Assembly (NCBI GenBank): GCA_963753765.1
Contig: CAVWDQ010000006.1
Location: 65,297 to 129,296 of the forward strand
Direction of reading: 5' to 3'
DNA: 64,000 nucleotides
Origin: an uncultured Bacteroidales bacterium
GTDB lineage: Bacteria > Bacteroidota > Bacteroidia > Bacteroidales > GCA-2748055
Shown here: in pieces, positions 39,218-48,722 of the stretch
Layout of the letters: each line of letters opens with the position of its first letter
Position numbering within the stretch: the stretch's first letter is position 1
The notes under the pieces: model-generated
The model's database searches: none
Told to the model about the DNA's origin: nothing
What the model saw: the letters and a program-made list of their open reading frames with translations, nothing else
Program-made: the position numbers and the translations under genes

Positions 39218-41541
39218 TTAAAGAACCACACCCTCCATGGATTTCTCCAGTTGACGTGCATTGGTCAGGAACTCTTCAACGCTCATTTCCTTGAAATAAA
39301 GGAGTCCGTTTGCTGACCTTGTTCGTGGATTCTTGCTCTGATAGAAGGTGTTCTTACCAACCAGCAATTGTATCTGCTTTAACTGCTCCACCCAGATACG
39401 CTTGGTCAGATCACTGAATTTGCCATCAAGCTGATAAGAAGGGAAAGAAGCATCCACCTGGCTCAGATAACTATTGGTGAATGCACCGTCCATAACACCC
39501 ATGGCATTCAGGGAGACCGGCGCTATGACATTGACTTCTGCCGGGTGGAAGCGATACCACACATTTCTGTATCCCCAGACCCTCAGCGCAGACGTATCCA
39601 CCTCTTCACTGTACAAACGCAAAGCCTCGGCAATCACCTGGAGCACCTTGTAGTGGGTATCGGGGCCACTGCCCTCGGGATCAAAGGCCAGGCTTACCAC
39701 GGTGGGTTTATATTTCCTGAGCTCTGCCAGTACCGGCTCTACATCTCTCTCCAGCTTGGGCTGCTCGGTAAATACCTCCCCGGTATAAAAGCCCAGCCTC
39801 AGGTGACTTACCCGGCTGGTTCTGAATCCAAAGTAGCCCCAGACCAGCTCTTCCTCAAATTCCCTGATCATCCCCTTCAGCTTCTGTATATCAGGTTGAT
39901 TAATTTCGCCGTCGTAACTCTTTTCCAGGATGTGAATGATGTTGTTAATCTGATCGCGAAGCTGATCCACACTTTTAAGCTTATAAAGACCCACCATATC
40001 CCGCACAATCCTGTGTGCCAGGCCCCGACGCAATTCGCTTTTCTCGCCCGAAGCAACCTTCAGCAGATAGTGATTCACATCTTTGTCACGCTTATGATTT
40101 ATATCCTTTTTCGAAAAAATCAGGATAGTGGGTCATTTGCATCTCTCCCTTGTCCAGGAAATACCTGGTATCCTCCAGGGCCTTGATCACAAAGTCATTG
40201 GTTACTGCAGTAAATCCGGAGGTATGTACTGAAAAATAACTGGTGTTGCTATCCTCCCGGGAAAGTCTGTGGACGTGGGGATTGATTCCCAGCATGATAT
40301 CGTCATGATGGGGCCCGGTATGGTAATATATCTGGTTCTTCTCTACGGCTGTCCCCTTTTCATATTTCTTCTCAATAGATTTGAATACTGTTGATATGGT
40401 GTTCTCATCCAGTCCGGGAATCATTTTACAGTACCTGTCCCCCTTCAGATCGCTCATGGTAAGGTGATGACCATACTTATTCAATCTGGAACAGAGGTCA
40501 ATGACGGCCCGGTCGGTTTTCTCCTGGGTCCAATCCCCTTCTTTGTAATATGCATCCACTGAGGATTGAAGACCGGCAGCTGCACCTGTAGTCAGATAGA
40601 AGCGGGCATTCTCCAGTTTATTCAGCACGCTGGCCGGATAAAGAACTGAGGCTTTATTTTCCAGGGCCTCCTTTACAACGGTGGCTTTGGCTTCCCCTGC
40701 AGCAAATATCAACGCCACTGCATCCGGATTATGGGTAATGGTATCGAGCCCTATGGTGATCACCAGCCGGTTGCGGGAAATCTCAATTCCTCCAAGGTCA
40801 CCTGCTGCCACAGCCTGAGTCTCAAAGTTTGTTTCAGTCAGCCTGGTCGTTGAGTAATGATCGGATCCCCTTACATTAAAAGCGATGTGGCCATCAGGAC
40901 CAATTCCTCCCAGGAAAAAACCAATACCTCCCTTATCTCTTATTTTCTGCTCATATTCTGAACACCAGTTATCGATGGCAAACACCGATTCCTGCTGCAT
41001 TTTCTCAAATTGGCTTTTGGGGTCCCGGTACCTCAGGGAGAGATCTACCTTGCTATCGGGAAATGCCTCGGAAAAATGGCAGGCACCTGATAGAGGAATC
41101 TCATCGGAATTGATCAGCAGGGCATTCTTTGGATCCAGACCAAAGCCCTTGATATAGTACTTCTGAACATAATTGTAAAAACTGTTGTGTTGGGATGAAC
41201 TGATGGGATAAAACTCATCGATCTGCACAAAATGGAGGTCCTTCAGAGAAGGCTTCTTCAAATCGGCCAGTCCATACTTGCTTCGAAGTTCCTTTATCTC
41301 TTTCTCATCCCAGTTTCTTCAGCAAATGAGTGGTCCACTTGATAAAATATTCCGGAGTCTTTCCGGTGGGAAGGCTGATGACTCCTTCGGGGTTCTCACT
41401 GACCCACTCCAGGAATCGGAGCGCGGTAAGTAAACCCATCAGTGGAAAGTTTTCCACCACAATGTAGGGAATGTTGGTAGTGATCTCCGGTTCGCCGGAA
41501 ATCTTATAAAAAGCTGATTCAACTTTTGATTTAAACTGCAT
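39218..41541 (-). pseudogene. nagB: Long-form glucosamine-6-phosphate deaminase (NagB-II type, ~770 aa when frames are joined), two frameshifts
   Basis: Fragments are 41305-41541, 40092-41261 and 39218-40078. Deaminase-core motifs are ISLPTGKTPEYF, FVQIDEFYP, FFLGGIGPDGHIAFN and VITIGL. The breaks lie in the TTT run 41314-41316 (adding one base gives LLKKNWDEKEIKEL) and in the T5/A6 runs 40117-40129. Confidence 0.8.
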
Positions 41542-41577
41542 GCTATGGTATTTTTAGTGCGTATAAAAAAGAGAAGA

Positions 41578-41585
41578 CAAAAGTA
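41578..41585 (-). promoter_or_regulatory. Candidate -7 promoter box (TACTTTTG) for nagB
   Basis: The minus strand reads TACTTTTG, a TAnnTTTG match, 37 nt upstream of the nagB ATG (41541). Confidence 0.3.
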
Positions 41586-41642
41586 TTCATTTTACAACTC
41601 TTTATCAATGAGATAAAGAAAAATAACAAGAAATTAATATGA

Positions 41643-42713
41643 TTACATTCCGGGTACCGGATCGTGACAATCGGTACAGAACATGGAGTGGATGTTGTTG
41701 GGACTCTCGCTGTTCTTATAGGTGGTGTTCATGGTCATCACATCCAAGCCACAGCTGGTAACTGCAGGGTGACAGGTCTTGCAGGCATTCCGGGGATCGT
41801 TGGAGTGTCCGCGGTGACAGGCCCGGCAGCTGATCCCTTCATGCACACCCACCGGGGTGCGGTCATCCTCGGTGCCCGCCTGGTGGGCCCAGTTGGGCGA
41901 ATGACACTGAATACAGATGAGCTGCAGCGGATCATCGGAAACCAGTACAGGAATCTCACCGTCATAGATGTCGGGCTTCCGGAGCTTATCGGCCCGAAGG
42001 TGCATTCGGTCGGCGCGAAGGTAAAGACCCGTGAGAGGATTACGCTCTTCCCGTTCATAAAAAATGGCGTAGGGATCGTCCATGGACTGCGGATGTGCCA
42101 TGGGTTCATTCTCCATATGGATGGGGTGACAGCTCAGACAGGGGATTACGGGATGGGAAGCTTTTTCCGGATCTTTCAACTTCCAGGGTCCGGTGGTGGA
42201 GATGGGTTCCACCAGGTCGGCGATGGTCCCGTCGTAATACATACCGTGACAGCGGAAACAATCGGGATAGGGCCGCTCCATGGAGTTGTGTTTTTCATTC
42301 AGAAAGATATCTGCATAGGTGGCAGAGTGTCCGCCTGCCTGCCACGAGCTATATTCGTCGCGGTGACAATTGATACAGGCCTCCATCACCTGGAGCACCC
42401 CCTCTTCGTCGAGGCTCACTCTCTGCTTTGCCGGCTCCTCACGGAAATGTGAAAAAAACATGCCCGCCTTCTCTTTCAGGCTGTGAAATCCGTTCCCCAG
42501 GGCACTTCCATGACAATCCACGCATTTCACATCCCTGTGCGCACTTTGTTGCCAGATTTCCAGGGAGGGAACAATCTCGTGGCAGGAAGCACAGGTACGT
42601 TCCGGGTTGGCAGAGTTCCAGCCTGCATAGCCGCCGAAGAGCACCAGCAATAATAATGCAAGGATTAAAACGGTGCCCAGAACTCTTTTTTGTTTTTTGT
42701 GCCTGATCATCAT
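41643..42713 (-). CDS. Membrane-anchored multihaem cytochrome c (nine CxxCH; NapC/NirT/NrfH-like N-terminus)
   Basis: It has an N-terminal TM helix (VLGTVLILALLLLVLFGGYAGW). The CxxCH motifs are CASCH, CVDCH, CINCH, CFRCH, CLSCH, CIQCH, CRACH, CKTCH and CTDCH. The first pair (CASCHEIVPSLEIWQQSAHRDVKCVDCHG) follows the NapC/NrfH pattern. There is an ATGA overlap with the upstream GMC gene. Confidence 0.85.
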   Translation of the reverse strand: MMIRHKKQKRVLGTVLILALLLLVLFGGYAGWNSANPERTCASCHEIVPSLEIWQQSAHRDVKCVDCHGSALGNGFHSLKEKAGMFFSHFREEPAKQRVSLDEEGVLQVMEACINCHRDEYSSWQAGGHSATYADIFLNEKHNSMERPYPDCFRCHGMYYDGTIADLVEPISTTGPWKLKDPEKASHPVIPCLSCHPIHMENEPMAHPQSMDDPYAIFYEREERNPLTGLYLRADRMHLRADKLRKPDIYDGEIPVLVSDDPLQLICIQCHSPNWAHQAGTEDDRTPVGVHEGISCRACHRGHSNDPRNACKTCHPAVTSCGLDVMTMNTTYKNSESPNNIHSMFCTDCHDPVPGM

Positions 42714-44365
42714 GACTTAAAATGGGTTCCGTTCCAGTTTCGGGTAATGTAATCCGACACCCAGTATCCCAGGGCCATGATGGTGAGGACCGGGTTAAAT
42801 CCTCCATTGGTCACACAGAGACTTCCGTCTGCCACAAAGAGGTTGTCGATGCCATGAACCTGACCATAGCGATTGCACACCGAGGTCTGCGGATCATTAC
42901 CCATACGAGCCGTTCCTGCCTGGTGCTGTCCCCCGCTGAGTCCGCGTCCCCCCACCCGCTGCCAGGTCTGAATGGCTCCGGCCTCTTTCAGGACCATCTC
43001 AGCTTTGGAGGAGAGAAATTTGCAATGTTCGTAATCGATGGAATGCCGGCTGCCGGACATGGCAACCACCGGAATGCCCCAATGATCGGTAACCGAGGGA
43101 TCCACTGTAATTCTGGATTCGAAATTGGGAATCTCCTGGATGGGCCCCTGGAGAACGGCCATCCGTTTGATATTTCTCATCTGGAAGTCTTTGTGCTCCT
43201 TTCCCCACCGCTTTGCCCCCGGGGGACGCGCGTTCGAAAAGAGATAAGGGAGGGGATTAAACTCGTTGGCCAGCATTCCACCTCCAACAATGCCTTCATT
43301 GTGGTGGTTAAAATCACAAAAAGCCAGGGAGGCACCCGGACCGGCAAAATCGGTGATTTCAAAATCGAAAAGTCCTGCGGCCCCGGTATAGGCATGTCCC
43401 TGCAGGTTGCGGCCTACCCAGTCGTAATTATTACCCAGTCCCTTTGGGAAAAGCTCCGATTTTGAATTCAACATCAAACGGGCAGTCTCCGTTGCAGAAG
43501 CAGCCAGGATCACCAGGTCGGCCGTCTGTATCTGTCCCTTATCTTTGCCATCAAAATATTTAATCCCTGTAACCCGGCCGGAAGCATCGCTCATCACCTC
43601 TGCCACCTGGCAGTGGGTCCTGACTTCACAGTTTCCTGTGGCCATGGCCGTGGGAATAACCGTATTGTGGGTACCGTTCTTTCCATCAACCGGACAGGCA
43701 AAACCCACACAGGTCCGGTTGCGGATGCAGGCAGGACGCCCGTTGTAGGGGACCGAATTCCTGAGCATGGGTATGGGAAAGGGATGAAGACCCAGTCTGC
43801 CGCCTGCTTCTGCCAGCACCCCTCCCTCCCGGGTGTATTCAAAGGGCGGCATGGGCTGTGGCTTTTTTCGTGGAGGAGCAAAGGGATTCTGGCTGTCGTC
43901 GCCCGATACCCCGATCTCCCATTCAGCTTTCTCATAATAGGGTTCAAGATCCTCATAGGAGATGGGCCAGTCGTCGAGGGTGGAAGCCTCCACCATACCG
44001 TAAGTAGATTTTAACTTAAAATCCTCCGGCATAAAACGCCATGCCATGGCCCCATAGGAAACGGTGCCCGATCCCACACAGGCAGCATTGTGACCATAGC
44101 CTCCGGTGATGGGTGTGACCACCCTTTTTGTTCCGTCCGGCTGGATACTTACCCGTGGATTCTTTCTGTGATCGGGCCCAAAGGCCGAACCCAGTACCTG
44201 GGTGCGCTGGGATATGAGTTCATCATTGATATGTGCATCATAGTCGGGCCAGCCGCCCCTTTCAAAGAGTACCACGGAAAGTCCGTGTTCTGCCAGCTCC
44301 TTGGCGACCACGCCCCCCCCTGCACCGGCTCCCACTATAATGGCATTCACATGTGTATTGGCCAT
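42710..44365 (-). CDS. GMC-family FAD-dependent sugar dehydrogenase, catalytic subunit
   Basis: It has an N-terminal FAD motif (AIIVGAGAGGGVVAKELAEHGLSVVLFERG) and a C-terminal GMC block (GTARMG...NLFVADGS). A Cys triad is present (PACIRNRTCVGFACP). There is no signal peptide. Confidence 0.85.
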   Translation of the reverse strand: MANTHVNAIIVGAGAGGGVVAKELAEHGLSVVLFERGGWPDYDAHINDELISQRTQVLGSAFGPDHRKNPRVSIQPDGTKRVVTPITGGYGHNAACVGSGTVSYGAMAWRFMPEDFKLKSTYGMVEASTLDDWPISYEDLEPYYEKAEWEIGVSGDDSQNPFAPPRKKPQPMPPFEYTREGGVLAEAGGRLGLHPFPIPMLRNSVPYNGRPACIRNRTCVGFACPVDGKNGTHNTVIPTAMATGNCEVRTHCQVAEVMSDASGRVTGIKYFDGKDKGQIQTADLVILAASATETARLMLNSKSELFPKGLGNNYDWVGRNLQGHAYTGAAGLFDFEITDFAGPGASLAFCDFNHHNEGIVGGGMLANEFNPLPYLFSNARPPGAKRWGKEHKDFQMRNIKRMAVLQGPIQEIPNFESRITVDPSVTDHWGIPVVAMSGSRHSIDYEHCKFLSSKAEMVLKEAGAIQTWQRVGGRGLSGGQHQAGTARMGNDPQTSVCNRYGQVHGIDNLFVADGSLCVTNGGFNPVLTIMALGYWVSDYITRNWNGTHFKS

Positions 44366-44371
44366 GGTCTG

Positions 44372-44926
44372 TCAGCTTAAATGTTCATAATGGTTGCGCC
44401 CCACCACCAAAGGATAATCCAGCCCCATCATTCGATAACTCATATAATCTTTGTTTCCTCCATGCCTGGGGGAACCATAAAATCCCTGCATGGTATGTGC
44501 AATAAGCAAAGAGAAAAAACGGCCCTGGTCCAGATCACCCCAGTGTTCTTCGGGAAGTGTCCTTTCCTCCATGCCTGTGCAAAGGGAGTACTGGCTTTCC
44601 TTATCCAGGTTTTCAAAACGCCTTCCATGAAGTTCCAGGCAGCTGTTCTGCAAAGCGGAAATACCCTGCTGGTAAATGAGCTGGTCATAGTTAAAAACTG
44701 CCACCAGCTGGCGGTCGATGTAGTGGATCACACCGGCCTCGGTGGCTCCTCCCCCGTGTTCATCCTCGGGGATAATCTGTTCGGCCAGGGCAATCACGCA
44801 GAGAGCTTCTTCATCCGAGAAAAACCGCCAGGAGGAGCTGGCCCTGGTCACACAGGAGGGCATGAGCAGGATACTTCCAAATCCGGCCACTCCTGTTCTC
44901 AGGAAGGCTCTTCGATTCATGTACAT
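44372..44926 (-). CDS. Tat-signal small subunit (gluconate 2-dehydrogenase subunit 3-like)
   Basis: The leader is M(YM)NRRAFLRTGVAGFGSILLMPSC. It is ~180 aa and lies 6 nt upstream of the GMC gene. The segment EDEHGGGATEAGVIHYIDRQL is typical of this family. Confidence 0.75.
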   Translation of the reverse strand: MYMNRRAFLRTGVAGFGSILLMPSCVTRASSSWRFFSDEEALCVIALAEQIIPEDEHGGGATEAGVIHYIDRQLVAVFNYDQLIYQQGISALQNSCLELHGRRFENLDKESQYSLCTGMEERTLPEEHWGDLDQGRFFSLLIAHTMQGFYGSPRHGGNKDYMSYRMMGLDYPLVVGRNHYEHLS

Positions 44927-44997
44927 GAAGTGGTAATAGTTAGGTTGGATAATTTTGCAATAAATCCCTTTAGAACAAAATTAAACTAAGCGGCCAC

Positions 44998-45759
44998 TCA
45001 TTTATAGAGCTCGGCATCTCCCGTTTCGGCCAGGGAAATAAAGAGCGCTGCAAGTTTTGCCGTGACCTCCCGGAAATAGAGCTCTCCTTTTTCCAGGGTG
45101 GCTTTGCGGGGATCGCCCACCCCGGTATCGTCGGTACACCGGGTCCATTTTCGTTCGGTCCAGGCCCAGGATTCATTTAGAGACTCCACACTGAACTTCT
45201 TTGCCTTTCCCGGTCCGGCCTGGTCCAGGGGTTTCACCAGCTTCGGATTTGTATACAACATCAGGCTGGTTTCCATTTCATCGGCATGTCCGCCGTCATT
45301 TTCAAAAATCTTACCCTGGTCCACCGACTGGAACCAGTTGCAGGTGGCCATAAGCAGGTCCGGGTAATTTGCCCCAACCTCCCGGAGGATCTGCCTGAAA
45401 TCGTTCCCGCCATGACCATTTACAATAAGAAGCTTCTCCACACCATAGCCATCCAGGCTTTCCACAACATCCTCCAGGATGGCTTGCTGGGTGGAGGGAT
45501 TCATATTCAGAGTCATGTAGATATCGGACTGACCTGTATTCACCCCCAGGGGAATGGTGGGCAAAACGATCACCTTCGCTCCCTTCTCCCATGCTATCCG
45601 GGCTGCTTCAAAAACAAGGGCCTCTGTTTCATAGTTATCGGTTCCATAGGGAAGGTGGAAATTATGTGCTTCGGTGGCCCCCCATGGAAGGATGGCCAGG
45701 TCGAATTCCTGTTCACTGACTTCTGACCAGTGGGTTTCTGAAAGAATGTATGGTCGCAT
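44998..45759 (-). CDS. Creatininase-family metal amidohydrolase
   Basis: 253 aa. Creatininase-fold metal ligands are present in LPWGATEAHNFHLPYGTD, VNGHGGN and GGHADEMETS. Confidence 0.75.
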   Translation of the reverse strand: MRPYILSETHWSEVSEQEFDLAILPWGATEAHNFHLPYGTDNYETEALVFEAARIAWEKGAKVIVLPTIPLGVNTGQSDIYMTLNMNPSTQQAILEDVVESLDGYGVEKLLIVNGHGGNDFRQILREVGANYPDLLMATCNWFQSVDQGKIFENDGGHADEMETSLMLYTNPKLVKPLDQAGPGKAKKFSVESLNESWAWTERKWTRCTDDTGVGDPRKATLEKGELYFREVTAKLAALFISLAETGDAELYK

Positions 45760-45778
45760 GAGATAAAAGTTTATATGG

Positions 45779-45814
45779 GTTAGTGTAGTTAGTTGTTAAT
45801 TGTTAGTAGTTATT
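45779..45814 (-). repeat. Array of five ACTAAC-like units (read on the minus strand) in the URO-D / creatininase spacer
   Basis: On the + strand: gttagt at 45779-45784, 45788-45793 and 45802-45807, gttaat at 45795-45800 and gttatt at 45809-45814. The period is 7-9 nt. The array lies 19 nt upstream of the ATG at 45759. Confidence 0.85.
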
Positions 45815-45816
45815 GC

Positions 45817-46791
45817 TTAATTCGTTTTTTGGGAGGCGGTGCGCATGGCCTTGAGGTGTTCAATGGGTGTGTTTACAGTGATCTCGCAGCCTCCGGACAG
45901 GATGAAGGGTCTTCCCTCCTCCTGCTTACACAGCGCTTCCGATTCCCGGACGATCGCTTCCGCACCCTGGTCCTGGATGACTGTCACCGGATCAAGGTTA
46001 CCGCAGCGGATAATTTCATCCCCCAGCTTCTCGTAGGCCTGGTCCATATCAACCATCCAGTCGATATCAACAATGTCGGGTTTTACATCTCTTATATCCT
46101 CCAAAAGGTGGGTGATGTTCCCGCAAATATGCAACTTAACCCTGGCGCCCAGCGACTGGATATATTCAAAAAGTTCCCGCTGTCTATCCTTTACTAAATC
46201 TCTGTAGTTCTCCACATCTATCTGGGAACATATGGCATCGCCCACTCCGATAATATCGCATCCTGCCTCCACCTGTGCCCTGGCAAAATCCTTGGCAGTA
46301 ATCATGACCTTATCCATAAGCCGCTTGATGAAATCGGGCTCCATATAGATCTTAAGCAGGATCTCACTGACCCCGGCCAGGTCACAGCTCTCGGCCAGGG
46401 GACCTTCGATCCAGCCAATAACCGGCACTTCATTCCCCAGCTGCTTTCTAAGCGCTTCAGCTCCCCTGATCCTGTCCAGGGTCCTCTCCTCTTTATATAC
46501 ATCAGGATTCTTCAAGAGTGCAATATCCTCCATGGAACGAACCAGGATCTCCATGCAACGCGGTACGGCTTCATGGGGGAAAGTGATCTTTGCCCCAAAG
46601 GCAGCAGTCTCCCTGTACGGGTCGGAAATTACTCCCACTGCATCCATCCCAAAATCGTCCCGGCACCGGAGGTTGCTATCCACCAGCGCCCTGAAATCGG
46701 AGGCAAACTGGCCATAGGTATATCCCGCATACCGGGCTGCAAAATGCATCAGGATAGGATGAAATAATGTATGATTGCTCATGCCACCCAA
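45817..46791 (-). CDS. Uroporphyrinogen-decarboxylase (URO-D) family protein (MtaA/CmuA-like)
   Basis: 324 aa of the URO-D-like TIM barrel type. Segments include FGMDAVGVISDPYRETAAFGAKITFP, WIEGPL, IIGVGDAICS and PFILSGGCEI. Confidence 0.65.
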   Translation of the reverse strand: MGGMSNHTLFHPILMHFAARYAGYTYGQFASDFRALVDSNLRCRDDFGMDAVGVISDPYRETAAFGAKITFPHEAVPRCMEILVRSMEDIALLKNPDVYKEERTLDRIRGAEALRKQLGNEVPVIGWIEGPLAESCDLAGVSEILLKIYMEPDFIKRLMDKVMITAKDFARAQVEAGCDIIGVGDAICSQIDVENYRDLVKDRQRELFEYIQSLGARVKLHICGNITHLLEDIRDVKPDIVDIDWMVDMDQAYEKLGDEIIRCGNLDPVTVIQDQGAEAIVRESEALCKQEEGRPFILSGGCEITVNTPIEHLKAMRTASQKTN

Positions 46792-46805
46792 GATAATGAA
46801 AATTC

Positions 46806-47945
46806 CTATTGGGCTTGTCTCGCGTCGTGGCGATCCAGGATTTCCAGGGTCCGGTCAAGAGGAAGTGCCTCCATATGATGCCCCTCATATCCGGTCATCT
46901 CTTCAGCCATAAACAGGGAGTTGTAGACTGCTTCCTCGGTGGCCTCCACCACTGCCAGGAAAAGAGGCGACATAAAGTCATTTTCAAGCCCGGGACTCTG
47001 CCGGATTATGCTGTCGCTCCGGTAAGGGATGCGGCAATCCTTATGGGTGGAAAATGCGATGGCATAATCGCCGCTTCCATTGGACATAAAGGAACCAACT
47101 CTCCCCAGGGCCAGAAAGGAGCGCTTTGCCAGTCGCTCCAGGTTCCGGGCAGAGAGGGGTGCATCGGTTGCAATTACAATCATACAGGAGCCATCAACTC
47201 TGTGCCCGCCACCATGTGCCAGGTAGTGCTTCTCCAGTTCCTGGCCCACCGGTGCTCCGTTAATGCTCAGGATGCCCCCGAAATTGGTTTGCACCAGTAC
47301 ACCCACTGTATAATATCCGCCGGACCCGTCCAACTTGCGGGAGGAGGTGCCTATCCCTCCCTTAAAGCCCAGACAAAGGGTACCGGTACCGGCTCCCACA
47401 TTGCCTTCTGCCACCGGGCCGGTTTTGGCTAAGGCCAGGGCTTCCAGAATATCTTCTTCCCCCACATGGCGGCCCCGGATATCATTGAGCCAGCCATCAT
47501 TAGTTTCCCCTGCCACCGGATTCACCGAGCGGACCTTTTCGTTTCCGGGCAGGGAGAGGGTATAGTCCACCAGGGCAGAAGCTGCAGTAAAAACATTCAG
47601 GGTATTGGTCAGGGCAATGGGGGTTTCCAGATTTCCAAGTTCCTGCACCTGTGTAAAACCCAGGGCTTTCCCAAAACCATTGCCCACAGAAACAGCTGCC
47701 GGAACCTTTTCCTGAAACAGGTTTCCTCCATGGGGTATAATTACTGTGACACCCGTTCGAACCGAATCTCCCATGATCAGGGTCTTGTGTCCCACCTGTA
47801 CGCCATCCACATCCGTAATGGCATTCCAGGCACCTGTCTCCAGTATGCCGGGTTCAATTCCCTTATCCCTGGCCCTGCCACGCTCCTGGGCAAAGGAGCT
47901 TATTGTAAGTATGGATACTGTGCAGAAGAGCAGTAGTTTTTTCAT
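46806..47945 (-). CDS. S58/P1 (DmpA-like) Ntn aminopeptidase, secreted
   Basis: It has a signal peptide (MKKLLLFCTVSILTISSFAQ). It contains ITDVDGVQVGH and NVGAGTGTLCLGFKGGIGTSS, which is like the self-processing region. Confidence 0.7.
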   Translation of the reverse strand: MKKLLLFCTVSILTISSFAQERGRARDKGIEPGILETGAWNAITDVDGVQVGHKTLIMGDSVRTGVTVIIPHGGNLFQEKVPAAVSVGNGFGKALGFTQVQELGNLETPIALTNTLNVFTAASALVDYTLSLPGNEKVRSVNPVAGETNDGWLNDIRGRHVGEEDILEALALAKTGPVAEGNVGAGTGTLCLGFKGGIGTSSRKLDGSGGYYTVGVLVQTNFGGILSINGAPVGQELEKHYLAHGGGHRVDGSCMIVIATDAPLSARNLERLAKRSFLALGRVGSFMSNGSGDYAIAFSTHKDCRIPYRSDSIIRQSPGLENDFMSPLFLAVVEATEEAVYNSLFMAEEMTGYEGHHMEALPLDRTLEILDRHDARQAQ

Positions 47946-47950
47946 ATATG

Positions 47951-48706
47951 TCAGTTGAAGGGTTTTAATTTTTCCGGAAAGCTTTCCCTGAGCAGGGCTC
48001 TGGCCAGGGCCACAGTTGGATCTATGCTAAGCATGCCCCGGACAGTGGCTTCGGGGTAGGCCAGGGGAATTTCGGTACATCCCAGGATTACCGCCCGGGC
48101 TCCCTGAGCGGCCAGCCAGGCAAATCCCTGGTCCAGGTTCTCCATGGCCTGTGGATGGATCCGGTCGGGCAGGGATTTAATTCCGTATTCCGGATCATAT
48201 ACAGCGGCATGAATCAATTTTTCCTGCATTTCAAAGGGGGGCAATATGGCCTCATGGCCCCTTGCGGCAAGTGCATCCCGGTAAATACCGGCCCTGTATG
48301 TCCCGGTAGTAGAGAGCACTCCCACATGCTTTACTCCGGGTGCCAGGGCCTCCAGAAAATCCATGCACTCCTCAAGCATGTTCAGAAGCCTGATGCGGCT
48401 CCCTTCTCTTTTTAGGATATCCAGGATCACATCATATATGGGCGGGGCATGTGCCGTATTGCAGGGGATCCCGGCAACCGTTGCACCAGCTTTTTCAAGC
48501 CTTATCAGAATTTCTGCCAGGGCCTTTCCCGGATTTTCCTCCACCTTTCCAAGGAGATACTCCGTGCGGTCATTAATGCCGGAAGGCAGTGAAAATAACA
48601 AGGCATCCACATGCTCCTGGTCCGATGCTGCCAGACTATTGTCAAAGACTTTTTTCATCAGGTCAAGACCGGCGTGGGGCCCGACACCTCCTACAATTCC
48701 AATCAT
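47951..48706 (-). CDS. Aspartate/glutamate racemase-family protein (aspartate racemase-like)
   Basis: It begins MIGIVGGVGP. The two catalytic Cys motifs are GIPCNTAHA and ILGCTEIPL. Confidence 0.8.
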   Translation of the reverse strand: MIGIVGGVGPHAGLDLMKKVFDNSLAASDQEHVDALLFSLPSGINDRTEYLLGKVEENPGKALAEILIRLEKAGATVAGIPCNTAHAPPIYDVILDILKREGSRIRLLNMLEECMDFLEALAPGVKHVGVLSTTGTYRAGIYRDALAARGHEAILPPFEMQEKLIHAAVYDPEYGIKSLPDRIHPQAMENLDQGFAWLAAQGARAVILGCTEIPLAYPEATVRGMLSIDPTVALARALLRESFPEKLKPFN

Positions 48707-48722
48707 GACCTTAAGATAAGGC

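Noticed and set aside
40117-41316. Programmed ribosomal frameshifting as the explanation for split genes such as nagB, the TIM barrel and the VCBS protein.
   Set aside because: There are too many unrelated genes, with shifts in both directions. No slippery heptamer plus downstream structure is present. The sites are plain mononucleotide runs, which are better explained by indel errors.
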